Shown: one piece after another, positions 41,269-50,507 of the stretch
How the letters are laid out: every line of letters starts with the position of its first letter
How positions within the stretch are numbered: the first letter of the stretch is position 1
The notes under the pieces: model-generated
What the model was told of the DNA's origin: nothing
Databases searched by the model: none
Seen by the model: the letters and a program-made list of their open reading frames with translations, nothing else
Assembly (NCBI GenBank): GCA_965198115.1
Contig: OZ240241.1
Coordinates: forward strand, 5,152,001-5,216,000
Direction of reading: 5' to 3'
DNA length: 64,000 nt
DNA from: Candidatus Latescibacterota bacterium
Lineage (GTDB): Bacteria > Latescibacterota > UBA2968
Translations under genes and position numbers: made by a program

Positions 41269-42642
41269 GAGCTCAGGTCAATAGGTGTGTAAAAGAAATC
41301 AGGCGGCCATCTTCCCGGCTTCGACCTGCGGTCCGGTTGAGTGTTTCTGATCGTAGACTTGTTGTAGCAAGTGTGGCGCGGTGAGTTTCCTGAATCGGCT
41401 CTCTGCGACCTTGAGCGTACGCCAGATGAGAGTCGTGGCGTTCCTGACTTTCTTGAATCGCCTGGCGGCGTTTGTGCGAAGCCGAACGGAAGCAAAGGGG
41501 CTCTCGACGACGTTCGTGGTTCTCAGGTGTTTCCAGTGTTCCTTCGGGAAGTCGTAGAACGTGACCATCCGATCCCAGTTTCTTTCGAGCGTCTCCACGG
41601 CGGCAGGGAACTGTGAGCGATACCGTGCGGCAAAGCGTTTCCGGAGCTTCTCGGCCTCCTTTTTCGTGCCGGCATAGGGGATCTGGACGAGCAGTGCGCG
41701 GGCTTCAGCCTGTGCACGCTTGGCGACCTTGTCGAGCACGTTGAGGATCTTGTGGTTCCAGCACCGTTGTTGCCGGCTCTCTGGCCAGACCTGATCAACG
41801 GCCGCCCAGATGCCCATATTCCCGTCCGCGGCGATCAGGACAGGATGTTCGAGCCCGCGATCCCGGAGATCCCGGAGCACCGTGAGCCAGGATTCTGTAG
41901 ACTCTCGATAACCGGGTTCTATCGCCAGGATCTCCTTGCTGCCGTCGCTCATCGCGCCGATCACGACCAGCAGACACGCCTTCTCGCGCTCGAGCCCGGC
42001 TTTGACGTAGATGCCATCAGCCCAGGCGTAGACCAGTTCGCGATTATCCAGACGCCTTTCTTTCCAGTCCTGGAAGTCGACCTCCCACTTCCCTCGAAGA
42101 CGAGCGATCGAGGTCGGCGAAAGCGGCGCGCCATCACCGAGCAGCGCACGCAAAGACAACTCGAAGTCGCCCTGGGAGAGACCGTGGAGATAAAGGTCGG
42201 GAAGCAGATCTCCAATGGCCCTGGTTCTCCGGGCGAACAGGGGGAGGATGCGGCTTTCAAACCGCTCTTCCAGACCACGAACCCGGGGACGCCGGACCTT
42301 GATCGTTCCGCAGCTCGTCGAGAGACGCCGGGGCTTGCCGTAGCCGTTCCTGTAGCCCCTGGAGCTATCGACCTCGGCTCGGCGCTCATACCACGACCGG
42401 CCCAAGAACGCGGTCGCCTCCTCCTCCAGAATGGACTGGAACCGGCCCTGGATCTCTTCACGGATCCAATCGTCAACCGTCTCCCACGTCGGCATGGACT
42501 TCAATGGGGCTCTATGCGTATGTTCCTTCACGGCGATCCTCCTTCCCAACCGGGCCTCTCACCCGGTTTTGTGTGAATCAACTATCTCACGGGAAGGGTA
42601 GGGTCGCCCTTTCTCTTTTTCCACACCTTTTGATTATAGCTC
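41269..42642 (-). mobile_element. IS256-family element (1374 bp)
   Basis: IRs GAGCTCAGGTCAATAGGTGTGTAAAAG and CTTTTTCCACACCTTTTGATTATAGCTC. 8-bp TSD AAGGTCAG at 41261-41268 and 42643-42650. Confidence 0.95.
41299..42531 (-). CDS. IS256-family transposase
   Basis: Motifs YRNGY, WADGIY, AADG..G, QRCWNHK and RTTNVVES. Confidence 0.93.
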   Translation of the reverse strand: MKEHTHRAPLKSMPTWETVDDWIREEIQGRFQSILEEEATAFLGRSWYERRAEVDSSRGYRNGYGKPRRLSTSCGTIKVRRPRVRGLEERFESRILPLFARRTRAIGDLLPDLYLHGLSQGDFELSLRALLGDGAPLSPTSIARLRGKWEVDFQDWKERRLDNRELVYAWADGIYVKAGLEREKACLLVVIGAMSDGSKEILAIEPGYRESTESWLTVLRDLRDRGLEHPVLIAADGNMGIWAAVDQVWPESRQQRCWNHKILNVLDKVAKRAQAEARALLVQIPYAGTKKEAEKLRKRFAARYRSQFPAAVETLERNWDRMVTFYDFPKEHWKHLRTTNVVESPFASVRLRTNAARRFKKVRNATTLIWRTLKVAESRFRKLTAPHLLQQVYDQKHSTGPQVEAGKMAA

Positions 42643-42752
42643 AAGGTCAGGCAGACAGCTCCCAACACACCTTCGGGCCAGAAATCCATCCTCGCCTCCC
42701 GGAAAGCTTATGGCCATCGGATTTGGTATGCATCAGAGAATCGATGCACTAG

Positions 42753-44306
42753 GAGCCTGTCGGGTTACACCCGGAAGCTCGTTGAGATTAAGTCCAGCTG
42801 AGTCTGTCAGCGACCGGTTACCTTCGTTTTTTCCTTGAGCCGAGTTCCTCTTCGGGATCAGGTAGCCAATGAGAGTCGATAGAGTTTCAGAAGGTTGTGT
42901 GTGAGACAGATCAGGTTCCATTCTCTGATGACTTTGTGGATTCGGCGGAATGAGAATCGGGTGAAGTTCCGAACGGATTTGATCTGTCCAAACACGGGTT
43001 CGATGATCTGTTTTCTTTTCCAGTAGGTGCAGCGACCTTTCTGTGTGAGAAGCTTTCTCGCCATTTTGTCTTTCGTCGTTGCGCCCTTGGGGATCCGTCC
43101 CCTGGGGCAGGTCGCGATGGGCGTTCCATGTTTCTGTTTTGTCGTCGCCACATAGAGGTCGACGCCATCTGATTGAACCTGATCGACCTGACTTTGGTTG
43201 AAGTATCCGGTGTCGGCAGTGAGGTGCTTGGGTGTCGTGCCGCCCATATTCGCTCTGATCTGGTTGACCATAGGTGTCATCTGGTTCTTGTCATCAGCTT
43301 CTTGGGTGACGTCGGCAGCAACGACAATCTGGGCCTTGTCATCCACAGCAGCTTGGCAGTTGTAGGCTTGAAGGAATTGGCCCCCTGAGACCATGATCCG
43401 TGAGTCGGGATCGGTGAAGTTCAGTTGTTCCTTGGAGTCGGGCTCTTTCGATGGAGGCTTGGGCTTACGTCCACGACCGCCGCGGCGCTCCCGGGCCTTT
43501 ACCTTCTCTTCATACGCTGCCTGCTTCTCAGGAAACTCAGCCTCCGCTTCGGCTTCGATCTCGGCTATTGCGTCGCGGATTACTTTGAGTCGAGTCTCCC
43601 GGTGCTGCAACTCCTCGGGCAACTCGTCGCCGCGGTTGTCCTTTCCGTAGAGTTCGTCTTCGGCCGCGTCAGTGGCTTCGGCCTCGGTCAAGAGTCTGCG
43701 CACTTCGGCCTCGATCTCGGCTTCTTTCTTCTTCATCCGGCCGTAGCTCATCGCTTTGTGTTTTGAGGCATTTGCTTTGACTTTCGTGCCATCCAACGCC
43801 ACGTGTCCCAGCTTCACCAGACCTGCCTTCACGCAGAGACACAGCACTTGCCTGAACAGACCTGAGAGGGCATCCAGATGCCGTTGACGAAAGGTCGATA
43901 TCGTGTCGTGATCAGGATGCTGATCCAGGCTGAGCACACGGAAAGCAACGGAGTCATAGGTCGCACGCTCAATCTTGCGGGAACTCCTGATGCCTTCACA
44001 GTAACCATACAGCAGTAGGCTCACCATCATCCGGGGATCATACGGTGGCTGGCCACCTTGAGACCCATCGTAGGTCTCGTAGATCGCGGACAAATCAAGT
44101 TGTCCGACGATATCCAGAATGAAGTAGGTCGGATGACCCTTGGGAAGCCAACTCCGGAGATCCAGAGGCAGCAACATCAACTGAGCCGGATTGTAGACAC
44201 GAAACCGAGTAGAAGTGCTCAACGGAAACCTCCAATTCAGAGTCGGAACCTTGGTCGCACTTCTACAATACGAAATCTTCCTCCGGCTGGGTACTCCGAC
44301 AGGCTC
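42753..44306 (-). mobile_element. IS1182-family element
   Basis: IRs GAGCCTGTCGG and CCGACAGGCTC, flanked by CTAG and CTAT. Confidence 0.9.
42858..44222 (-). CDS. IS1182-family transposase
   Basis: Motifs PYDPRMM..LLLYGY, SSRKIE, PDHDTI..FR, LDGTK.KANAS, TDPDSR.M, ADTGY and RK..IEPVFGQIK. Confidence 0.93.
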   Translation of the reverse strand: MSTSTRFRVYNPAQLMLLPLDLRSWLPKGHPTYFILDIVGQLDLSAIYETYDGSQGGQPPYDPRMMVSLLLYGYCEGIRSSRKIERATYDSVAFRVLSLDQHPDHDTISTFRQRHLDALSGLFRQVLCLCVKAGLVKLGHVALDGTKVKANASKHKAMSYGRMKKKEAEIEAEVRRLLTEAEATDAAEDELYGKDNRGDELPEELQHRETRLKVIRDAIAEIEAEAEAEFPEKQAAYEEKVKARERRGGRGRKPKPPSKEPDSKEQLNFTDPDSRIMVSGGQFLQAYNCQAAVDDKAQIVVAADVTQEADDKNQMTPMVNQIRANMGGTTPKHLTADTGYFNQSQVDQVQSDGVDLYVATTKQKHGTPIATCPRGRIPKGATTKDKMARKLLTQKGRCTYWKRKQIIEPVFGQIKSVRNFTRFSFRRIHKVIREWNLICLTHNLLKLYRLSLAT

Positions 44307-44310
44307 CTAT

Positions 44311-45939
44311 CCTGAATTATGCATAAAAAAGGTAGTCTCCTTGTACAAGTGTTTGTTTTTCCCTACATTAGGGCTGACACATCAAAACAACACTTGGAAG
44401 GAACTACCGTGATAGAACCTAGTCAGATCCGGTTACCATTCGCAAGCATTTCGGGCAAGGTAGTTGAGGCTGATTTTGCCGGTGGCGCCGTCAGGAGTGA
44501 CGGTGGAGTTCTGTTGCTTCGCGCCCTTGAGTCTCAGATGGGATTGATCGCCAGAATGGTAGATGCTTTGCGAGATCGTCGTCACCCAAGCTATATCGAT
44601 CACACGCTTTTGGATCTTGTGAAGCAGCGTGTTTTTCAGATCGCTTGCGGCTATGAAGATGCCGTCGATTGTGATGATTTGCGCCACGATCCGGGCGTCA
44701 AGGCTGCCTGCGATCGGCTTCCTCTTTCCGGTCCTGATCTCGGGAGCCAATCAACGATGACACGACTTGAGAATGATGTGCGACGCTCGGATTTGTATCG
44801 GCTCGCACGGGCTTTTGTAGACGGGTTCATCGCATCGTATGACCAGGCACCCCCAAGCATCATTCTCGATATCGACGACACGGATGACCCAACGCACGGT
44901 GCGCAACAATTTTCACTCTTCAACGCGTATTACAATGAACACTGCTATATGCCGCTACATATCTATGAAGGCCAAAGCGGCAAGCTCATTACGACGATCT
45001 TGAGACCCGGGCATCCGACGAACGGTAAACAGGTCGTTTCTATTCTCAAGCGCTTGGTGGAACACCTACGCGGATCTTGGCCAAACGTGGAGATCATCGT
45101 TCGCGCAGACTCAAAGTTCAGCTCACCAGAGATGCACGATTTCTGCGAAGACAACGGTATCTACTACGTTCTGGGCCAGGGCGCCAACTCCAAGCTCAAA
45201 GCGGCTGGACAAAACCTGATGGACCAAGCGCTACGTCTGAGCGAGCATAAGGAGACGATTCGCTTGTTCTCATCCTTCTCATATCAGGCTGGCACCTACC
45301 GGCAGCCTCGCCGGATCATTCACAAGGCTGAAGTCACAAACGGCGAAGCAAATCCAAGATACCGCGTGACCAATTTACAGAGTAATCGAGACGGCTTTAT
45401 CTATGATCGTATCTACTGCGCAAGGGGACGCACGGAAGGCTTCATCAAGGACCACAAAACATTCCTTCACTCCGATCGAACATCGTGCCACAAGTTTGAA
45501 GCCAACCAGTTCCGACTCTTTCTACACAGTGCTGCATACACCTTGCTTCACGCACTCCGATCACAGGGACTCAAGGGCACCGCGTGGACCAAACCTCAGG
45601 TCAACACGATACAGAACCGTTTCCTCAAAATCGGCGCGAGAGTCATTGAAAGCGCACGAAGAATCCGATTCCATTTTCCAACATCGTATCCACTCAAAAA
45701 CGTCTTGGTGTCAATCATCACCAGGCTCGAAACGAACACGCAGTAACAACGCCGATCTATACCGGGGACAGCTATGTACACGTCGCAAAACAACACCTGT
45801 TCCGGACGAAAATCGTGACTCTTGCGACTCGTAGAGACCGCTTACGGGACCTTGGACATCCGAAGAAGCCGAGAACAAATCCTGTGCGTGATCACATCAC
45901 TCCAAAACAACCTAAACTCAAATTCATGCATGATTCAGG
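44311..45939 (+). mobile_element. IS1380-family element
   Basis: IRs CCTGAATTATGCAT and ATGCATGATTCAGG, flanked by CTAT and CTAG. Confidence 0.9.
44409..45746 (+). CDS. IS1380-family transposase
   Basis: Motifs SDGGVLLL, GYEDA.D, LDIDDTDDPTHG.Q, VRADS.F and Y..RG..E..IK. GTG start after GAAGGA. Confidence 0.93.
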   Translation: MIEPSQIRLPFASISGKVVEADFAGGAVRSDGGVLLLRALESQMGLIARMVDALRDRRHPSYIDHTLLDLVKQRVFQIACGYEDAVDCDDLRHDPGVKAACDRLPLSGPDLGSQSTMTRLENDVRRSDLYRLARAFVDGFIASYDQAPPSIILDIDDTDDPTHGAQQFSLFNAYYNEHCYMPLHIYEGQSGKLITTILRPGHPTNGKQVVSILKRLVEHLRGSWPNVEIIVRADSKFSSPEMHDFCEDNGIYYVLGQGANSKLKAAGQNLMDQALRLSEHKETIRLFSSFSYQAGTYRQPRRIIHKAEVTNGEANPRYRVTNLQSNRDGFIYDRIYCARGRTEGFIKDHKTFLHSDRTSCHKFEANQFRLFLHSAAYTLLHALRSQGLKGTAWTKPQVNTIQNRFLKIGARVIESARRIRFHFPTSYPLKNVLVSIITRLETNTQ

Positions 45940-46017
45940 CTAGGGTCATCGGCGCCTGCGGCTCTCAGAATGTTGTTCAGGAGCTCCTCGAGCTCTTTCA
46001 CACAGCGAAGGGCACGA

Positions 46018-47100
46018 CTAAGACTCCGATCCGGGATCGATTCTCAACCCGCCGTAAAACTCACTCGTCTTACGACCGAACAGCTCCAGAAAACTGTTCG
46101 GGTAGGGCTTTTGCAATTCGCTCACGTCGGTCAGCTCTTTCATCTCCGCATCGGACAGTGCAAACTCCAACGTTGCAAGCGTATCCGTGACCTGCTCGAG
46201 GCTGGAGAAACCGAACAGAGCGACATCGCACGAGCCCGATTGGTGCAGCCATCGCAGGGCGACGTTGGGAACGGTCTTTCCGTGCGTCCTCGCAACTCGA
46301 TCCATCACATCCAGGGCCGCCCAGTTTCTCTCGACGGCGAGACGCTTCCAGGAGGTACTCTCGTCCTCCTCTTGAACCTCGAACCCACTGCCCGGTCTCG
46401 GCCCTTCTGCGCCACGGCGATATCGCCCGGAGAGAAACCCACCGGCCAGCGCGCCCCAGGCAATGATCGACACGTCCTGGTCCCGGCACGCTGGGATCAC
46501 GGAAAACTCCGCCACCCTGTCCGCAATAGAATACCAGATCTGATTCGATATTATGTGTGTCAGCCCCGCCGATCGCGCGTGGGCGTTCGCCTTGACCACG
46601 TGCCAGCCATCCCAGTTGCTCACACCCACGTAGCGGATCTTCCCCGCCTTCACAAAATCATCCAACACACGCAGCGTCTCCTCCACCGGTGTGTAGAAAT
46701 CCCAGAAGTGGCACTGGTAGAGATCGATGTAGTCCGTGCCCAACCGCTTCAGACTCGCCTCGATCTGTGTCGTCAGGTATGCTCGTGAAAGTCCCACGTT
46801 GTTCGGCCGAACTTCGTCCTCCATCGTCCAGTAGCCCTTGGTCTGGATCACGAATCGATCCCGACGACCCTTGACGACCTTTCCAACGGTCCTCTCCGAC
46901 GTTCCGGCCATCTCCGCGTTCGACCCACGGAGTCCGCCTCCGTAGAAATTGGCCGTGTCGATCACATTCCCGCCGGCATCGGCATACATATCCGTTACCC
47001 TGCGGGCCGTTTTCTGATCCACTCGAGTCCCAAAGGGCTCTGCCCCCATTCCGAGACGGGACACCTGCAGTCCGGAACCGCCCAGGTAACAGTATTCCAT
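46018..47100 (-). CDS. Aldo/keto reductase
   Basis: Motifs LG.SGL.VS.LG.G, DTANFY, SLKRLGTDYIDLYQ.H and GKIRYVGVSN. Confidence 0.92.
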   Translation of the reverse strand: MEYCYLGGSGLQVSRLGMGAEPFGTRVDQKTARRVTDMYADAGGNVIDTANFYGGGLRGSNAEMAGTSERTVGKVVKGRRDRFVIQTKGYWTMEDEVRPNNVGLSRAYLTTQIEASLKRLGTDYIDLYQCHFWDFYTPVEETLRVLDDFVKAGKIRYVGVSNWDGWHVVKANAHARSAGLTHIISNQIWYSIADRVAEFSVIPACRDQDVSIIAWGALAGGFLSGRYRRGAEGPRPGSGFEVQEEDESTSWKRLAVERNWAALDVMDRVARTHGKTVPNVALRWLHQSGSCDVALFGFSSLEQVTDTLATLEFALSDAEMKELTDVSELQKPYPNSFLELFGRKTSEFYGGLRIDPGSES

Positions 47101-47143
47101 CTACTCACTCATAATCCGCTGATTCATTGCCATCACTCATCAA

Positions 47144-47213
47144 GGAGAGTTCCGAATTCCGAGTAGCGAATAGTGAGTATTGATCTACGTTCGCTACTCG
47201 GAACTCGCTATTC
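47144..47213. repeat. Stem-loop repeat, family C copy 2
   Basis: GGAGAGTTCCGAATTCCGAGTAGCGAA..TGAGTATTGATCTACGTTCGCTACTCGGAACTC. Confidence 0.65.
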
Positions 47214-47272
47214 AGCCCTCGCTACTTGCTTGTGTTTCACCTTCCCACTCTATCCGAAGCCTCTCGACCCGA

Positions 47273-48078
47273 TCAGACCACGACCCGCTCCCCGTGTCGG
47301 CAAATCTTCGTCTTCAGATCGGGATACTTCAACCGAAAGTAATCGACGAACAACGTCGGATCCTCGGTATTTCCCTCGTGCATGTCGTAGTGCGCGGGAA
47401 TCGTCAGCTTCGGTCGGATGGCGCCGGCGAGATCGACGGCTTCCTGATAGGTCATGTTTCCGATCATCCCTCGAGCCAGCTGCTTGCCGCTTCGCCCATT
47501 GATCGGAAGAAATGCCACATCGATCGGCGCGTGCTTCTGGAGATTGCTCACCAGATCCCCATAAATGCACGTGTCTCCCGCGTGGTAGATTTTGCATCCG
47601 TTGGCTTCGAGGATGTAGCCCAAATAGGGGTGCATCCCTGTGTCTGGGTCGCGATCCAGGAACTCGTGCGCGGCCGCGATCCCCGTGACCCGAACCCCAT
47701 CCACTTCCACGCTCACGCCGTCATCCAGCCCGAGCATCCGCTCGGTTGAAATCCCTTGCTCCTCGATGATGCTCTCCCTCACCAGCTCGGGCACCACGAA
47801 TCTTGCATTCGAAGCTCGGGCGATGTCGGGCCAGACCTCGCGATCGATGTGGTCGTCGTGATCGTGTGAGCCCAGAATCAGATGCGCTGTGCCATTTGCT
47901 CGGGGGTGACCAGGGAAGGAACCAACCGGACATCCGGATGCAGGTAGGGATCCGCATAGAACACCTGCGAGCCCATCTTGACAATGAACTGATGCTGCCC
48001 AAGCCACCAGAAAGCGACCTGTCCTGGCTCGAGACGCGTCTGGTCGACCTCCTGTATCAGCGCTTCACCGGTCGGCAC
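47273..48078 (-). pseudogene. Metallo-beta-lactamase-fold hydrolase (UlaG-like), frameshifted near 47888
   Basis: WWLGQ..F...DPYL in ORF 47878-48078 continues in ORF 47273 as SHDHDDHID...YHAGDT...LPING...IPAHYDM. Confidence 0.8.
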
Positions 48079-48081
48079 GAC

Positions 48082-48960
48082 TCACCCTTCGACCCACAAA
48101 CGACCTTGGGCATCCACGTCTAATCCAACGTATTCAGCGTGGCGACCACCGGGGCCGTACATCACCGCCCGTTCTACCTCGTTCATGTCTTCGATCGCGT
48201 CCTCATCCCACCAGACCTCGGGCAGGTTCGTCTCCTCTTTGGGATGGAAGCGAACCGCGGTCCTCCCCGCATACTTGATCAACACCACTCGCCTCGGCCT
48301 CTCGCTCTGCCAGGGCAGTGTGCCGTGCGTCTGGGCACCGTCCATGAAGAACAGGATATCACCCGCCTTCACCGCAGGCTGAACAACGGTCCCGCCGTCG
48401 TCATCGCACGTGCGAACACCCTCCGGCAGAGTGTACCGGGATTTGTGACTTCCCGGAACACACGCAAAACCTCCATCTCCCGCGTTGCAATCGCCCAGCT
48501 GAAAGGAAACCGTTACCCCGTTGCAGTGGGATCGGCCGTTCTGGTTGTGGTAAGCAACGCGAGGCCTGTGCGGATCACCGGCACCGTGAAGCGAAAACCC
48601 CTCGATGCCTATCTCACCGGGAATGATCAGAGGACCGTGATCGAGCCGGAAGCCCCTACCACACATCACGTTCAACCGGGACACGACAGCCGGATGGGCC
48701 ATCAGATTCCTGAACGCCTCGCAGTAGGGCTTTTCGATTTCCAGAATCCCGTGAAACTCGAACCGCCCCCTGCTCCCTGAAAGCGCCGATGAGCCCCTCG
48801 AACCGGTACCGGGCTTCACATCGGGGATCTGCGCCCTGCAAAAATCAAAGGCCTCGTTCAACTTCTTCAGTTCCACGCGGGTCAACGCGTTCCGCGCTAC
48901 GACATAGCCCGTCAAGTCCCAGAAATATCTTTCCCGCTCAGTCACCCTCTCTCCCTTCAA
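48082..48960 (-). CDS. PhyH-fold Fe(II)/2OG enzyme with an H-G-A motif (candidate halogenase)
   Basis: Motifs DLTGYVV, GFRLDH, LHGAG in place of HxD, GGFACVPGSHK, QTHGT.PW and RR. Confidence 0.75.
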   Translation of the reverse strand: MKGERVTERERYFWDLTGYVVARNALTRVELKKLNEAFDFCRAQIPDVKPGTGSRGSSALSGSRGRFEFHGILEIEKPYCEAFRNLMAHPAVVSRLNVMCGRGFRLDHGPLIIPGEIGIEGFSLHGAGDPHRPRVAYHNQNGRSHCNGVTVSFQLGDCNAGDGGFACVPGSHKSRYTLPEGVRTCDDDGGTVVQPAVKAGDILFFMDGAQTHGTLPWQSERPRRVVLIKYAGRTAVRFHPKEETNLPEVWWDEDAIEDMNEVERAVMYGPGGRHAEYVGLDVDAQGRLWVEG

Positions 48961-49032
48961 TGGAAACGGCGGTCAACCTGATGCCTCGACCGACCGCCGT
49001 CTCTCACGTTCACTTCGCCCTGCCCCTCGGAG

Positions 49033-49227
49033 CTACACGAAGGTGGGTCTCCGGTCCCCTCTCAACTCTTTCTCCCGGTCATCCCCGAACGCCCCGGCGA
49101 ACTGGATGAAATCGACGAAGTCCACCTTCCCGCTGCCGTCGAAATCGGCAAGCGACTGTGCCTCGACCCCTCGGACGATGAATAACCCGATGATCAGCGC
49201 TGAGCAATTGAAGGTTCGAAATTTCAT
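49033..49227 (-). pseudogene. Signal peptide plus a single dockerin/EF-hand repeat (truncated secreted protein)
   Basis: MKFRTFN...VEA-QSLADFDGSGKVDFVDFIQFAGAFG followed by an early stop. Confidence 0.6.
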
Positions 49228-49411
49228 CTTCGTCCTCCATTCCGTTGCCACGGAATCACTCGGGAAGAGCACACTGCATTCTCTGATTCAGGTCTGGATG
49301 CGGGCTATTGTCCTGCTTGTCCTTCGGGGTGGGAATCACGACTAAAATACTGCGCGATTGGAAATGCGGAAGAGAGATCGAATGGAGCGAACTCGGACGA
49401 GTAAAGCGACT

Positions 49412-50278
49412 CTATCGGTCCATTCGCTCGAGCCCGAATAGCTGGCGGCAAAGAGCCGAGCGGCCCTGTAGCTGGTCCTTCATGGCCTCATCCGGGTCGT
49501 AAACGGCGCTTCGCGACATACCGAAGTGTCTGTAGTTGTAAAGAAGCATCCGCCGGACGTTCGAGCCCGTGTTGTGCATCGCCGTGTGCCAGATCTTGCC
49601 GTTCCACAGAATGGCGTCACCCGCCTTGCCCGTTAGCCTCACGTGATTGGGCATCTCATCGAGCGGGTCGTATTTGGGAACCTCGTTCGAGTCGGCCTTG
49701 TGCGAACCAGGCACGACACTGAATGGTGCCGTGTCTTCGTCCACGTCCTCCACGAAGAAAAAGATTTTCACCTTCAGGAACGGCCTGTCACTCACCCCCG
49801 TCGACGCCCAGAGCTCCCTGTCTCCTTCATCCCACTCAGCCGGGTCGAAATCCCACGTGGGGGAATCCTTGTGCCAATCCGTATGGGATTTCGTATGGGC
49901 GGGCTTCACGTGCAAAGCGTTGTCGTGCATCATCATATCCGGGCCCATGAGCTTCTCCGTGATGCCAACCGTCTGCGGATGCTTCATGAGGTCCAGGAAG
50001 ACGTCACCGTGCGTCACGATGGGCGCGACGACGTGAGCGGTTTCACACATCCGATACGGGCGGTACGAAACGTTTTCCGCCAGGTCCCGTTGCCAATCTT
50101 CGCGTGTCGCTTCCTCGACCCGGCAGAACTCCTCATGGACGCGTAGCAGCTCGCTCTCCTCGATCGCACCCTCCACAGTCAGATACCCCTGATCGTGGAA
50201 GAACGAGAGATGTTCGTCGGTCAATTCGTCGCATACACGCACGAGATGCTCCCAAAGAGGGTTGCACTTGCCCGCCAT
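49412..50278 (-). CDS. PhyH-family dioxygenase
   Basis: Motifs DQGYL, WHKD, VVPGSH, IWHTA and RR. Confidence 0.88.
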   Translation of the reverse strand: MAGKCNPLWEHLVRVCDELTDEHLSFFHDQGYLTVEGAIEESELLRVHEEFCRVEEATREDWQRDLAENVSYRPYRMCETAHVVAPIVTHGDVFLDLMKHPQTVGITEKLMGPDMMMHDNALHVKPAHTKSHTDWHKDSPTWDFDPAEWDEGDRELWASTGVSDRPFLKVKIFFFVEDVDEDTAPFSVVPGSHKADSNEVPKYDPLDEMPNHVRLTGKAGDAILWNGKIWHTAMHNTGSNVRRMLLYNYRHFGMSRSAVYDPDEAMKDQLQGRSALCRQLFGLERMDR

Positions 50279-50507
50279 GGTAAGCAGTGTTCGGCGGCGC
50301 GCCAGTCTCGAATAAACCCGGCGGTTTCAATGACCGTGTTTTAGCGTGTAACTTCGTTATGGGCCCATTTGGCTCCACTTTCTGACGCAATCCTGACGGT
50401 CGGTTGACCGCAAGTCTCGTTGTAGCGACCTTGCGCCTGGGTATCTCATAGCGCCCCTCGAGACCGAAGACTTCCACACATCGTCTCTCCCACCCAAATC
50501 GCGTTCG

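Larger units (their letters stand above)
40525..42689 (-). pseudogene. Polysaccharide deacetylase (CE4/NodB) interrupted by IS256
   Basis: MDFWPEGVLGAVCLT (42689-42645) joins FDDG...KGTFYV...GHEIGNHT..H...YP after removing the IS and one AAGGTCAG. Confidence 0.9.
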
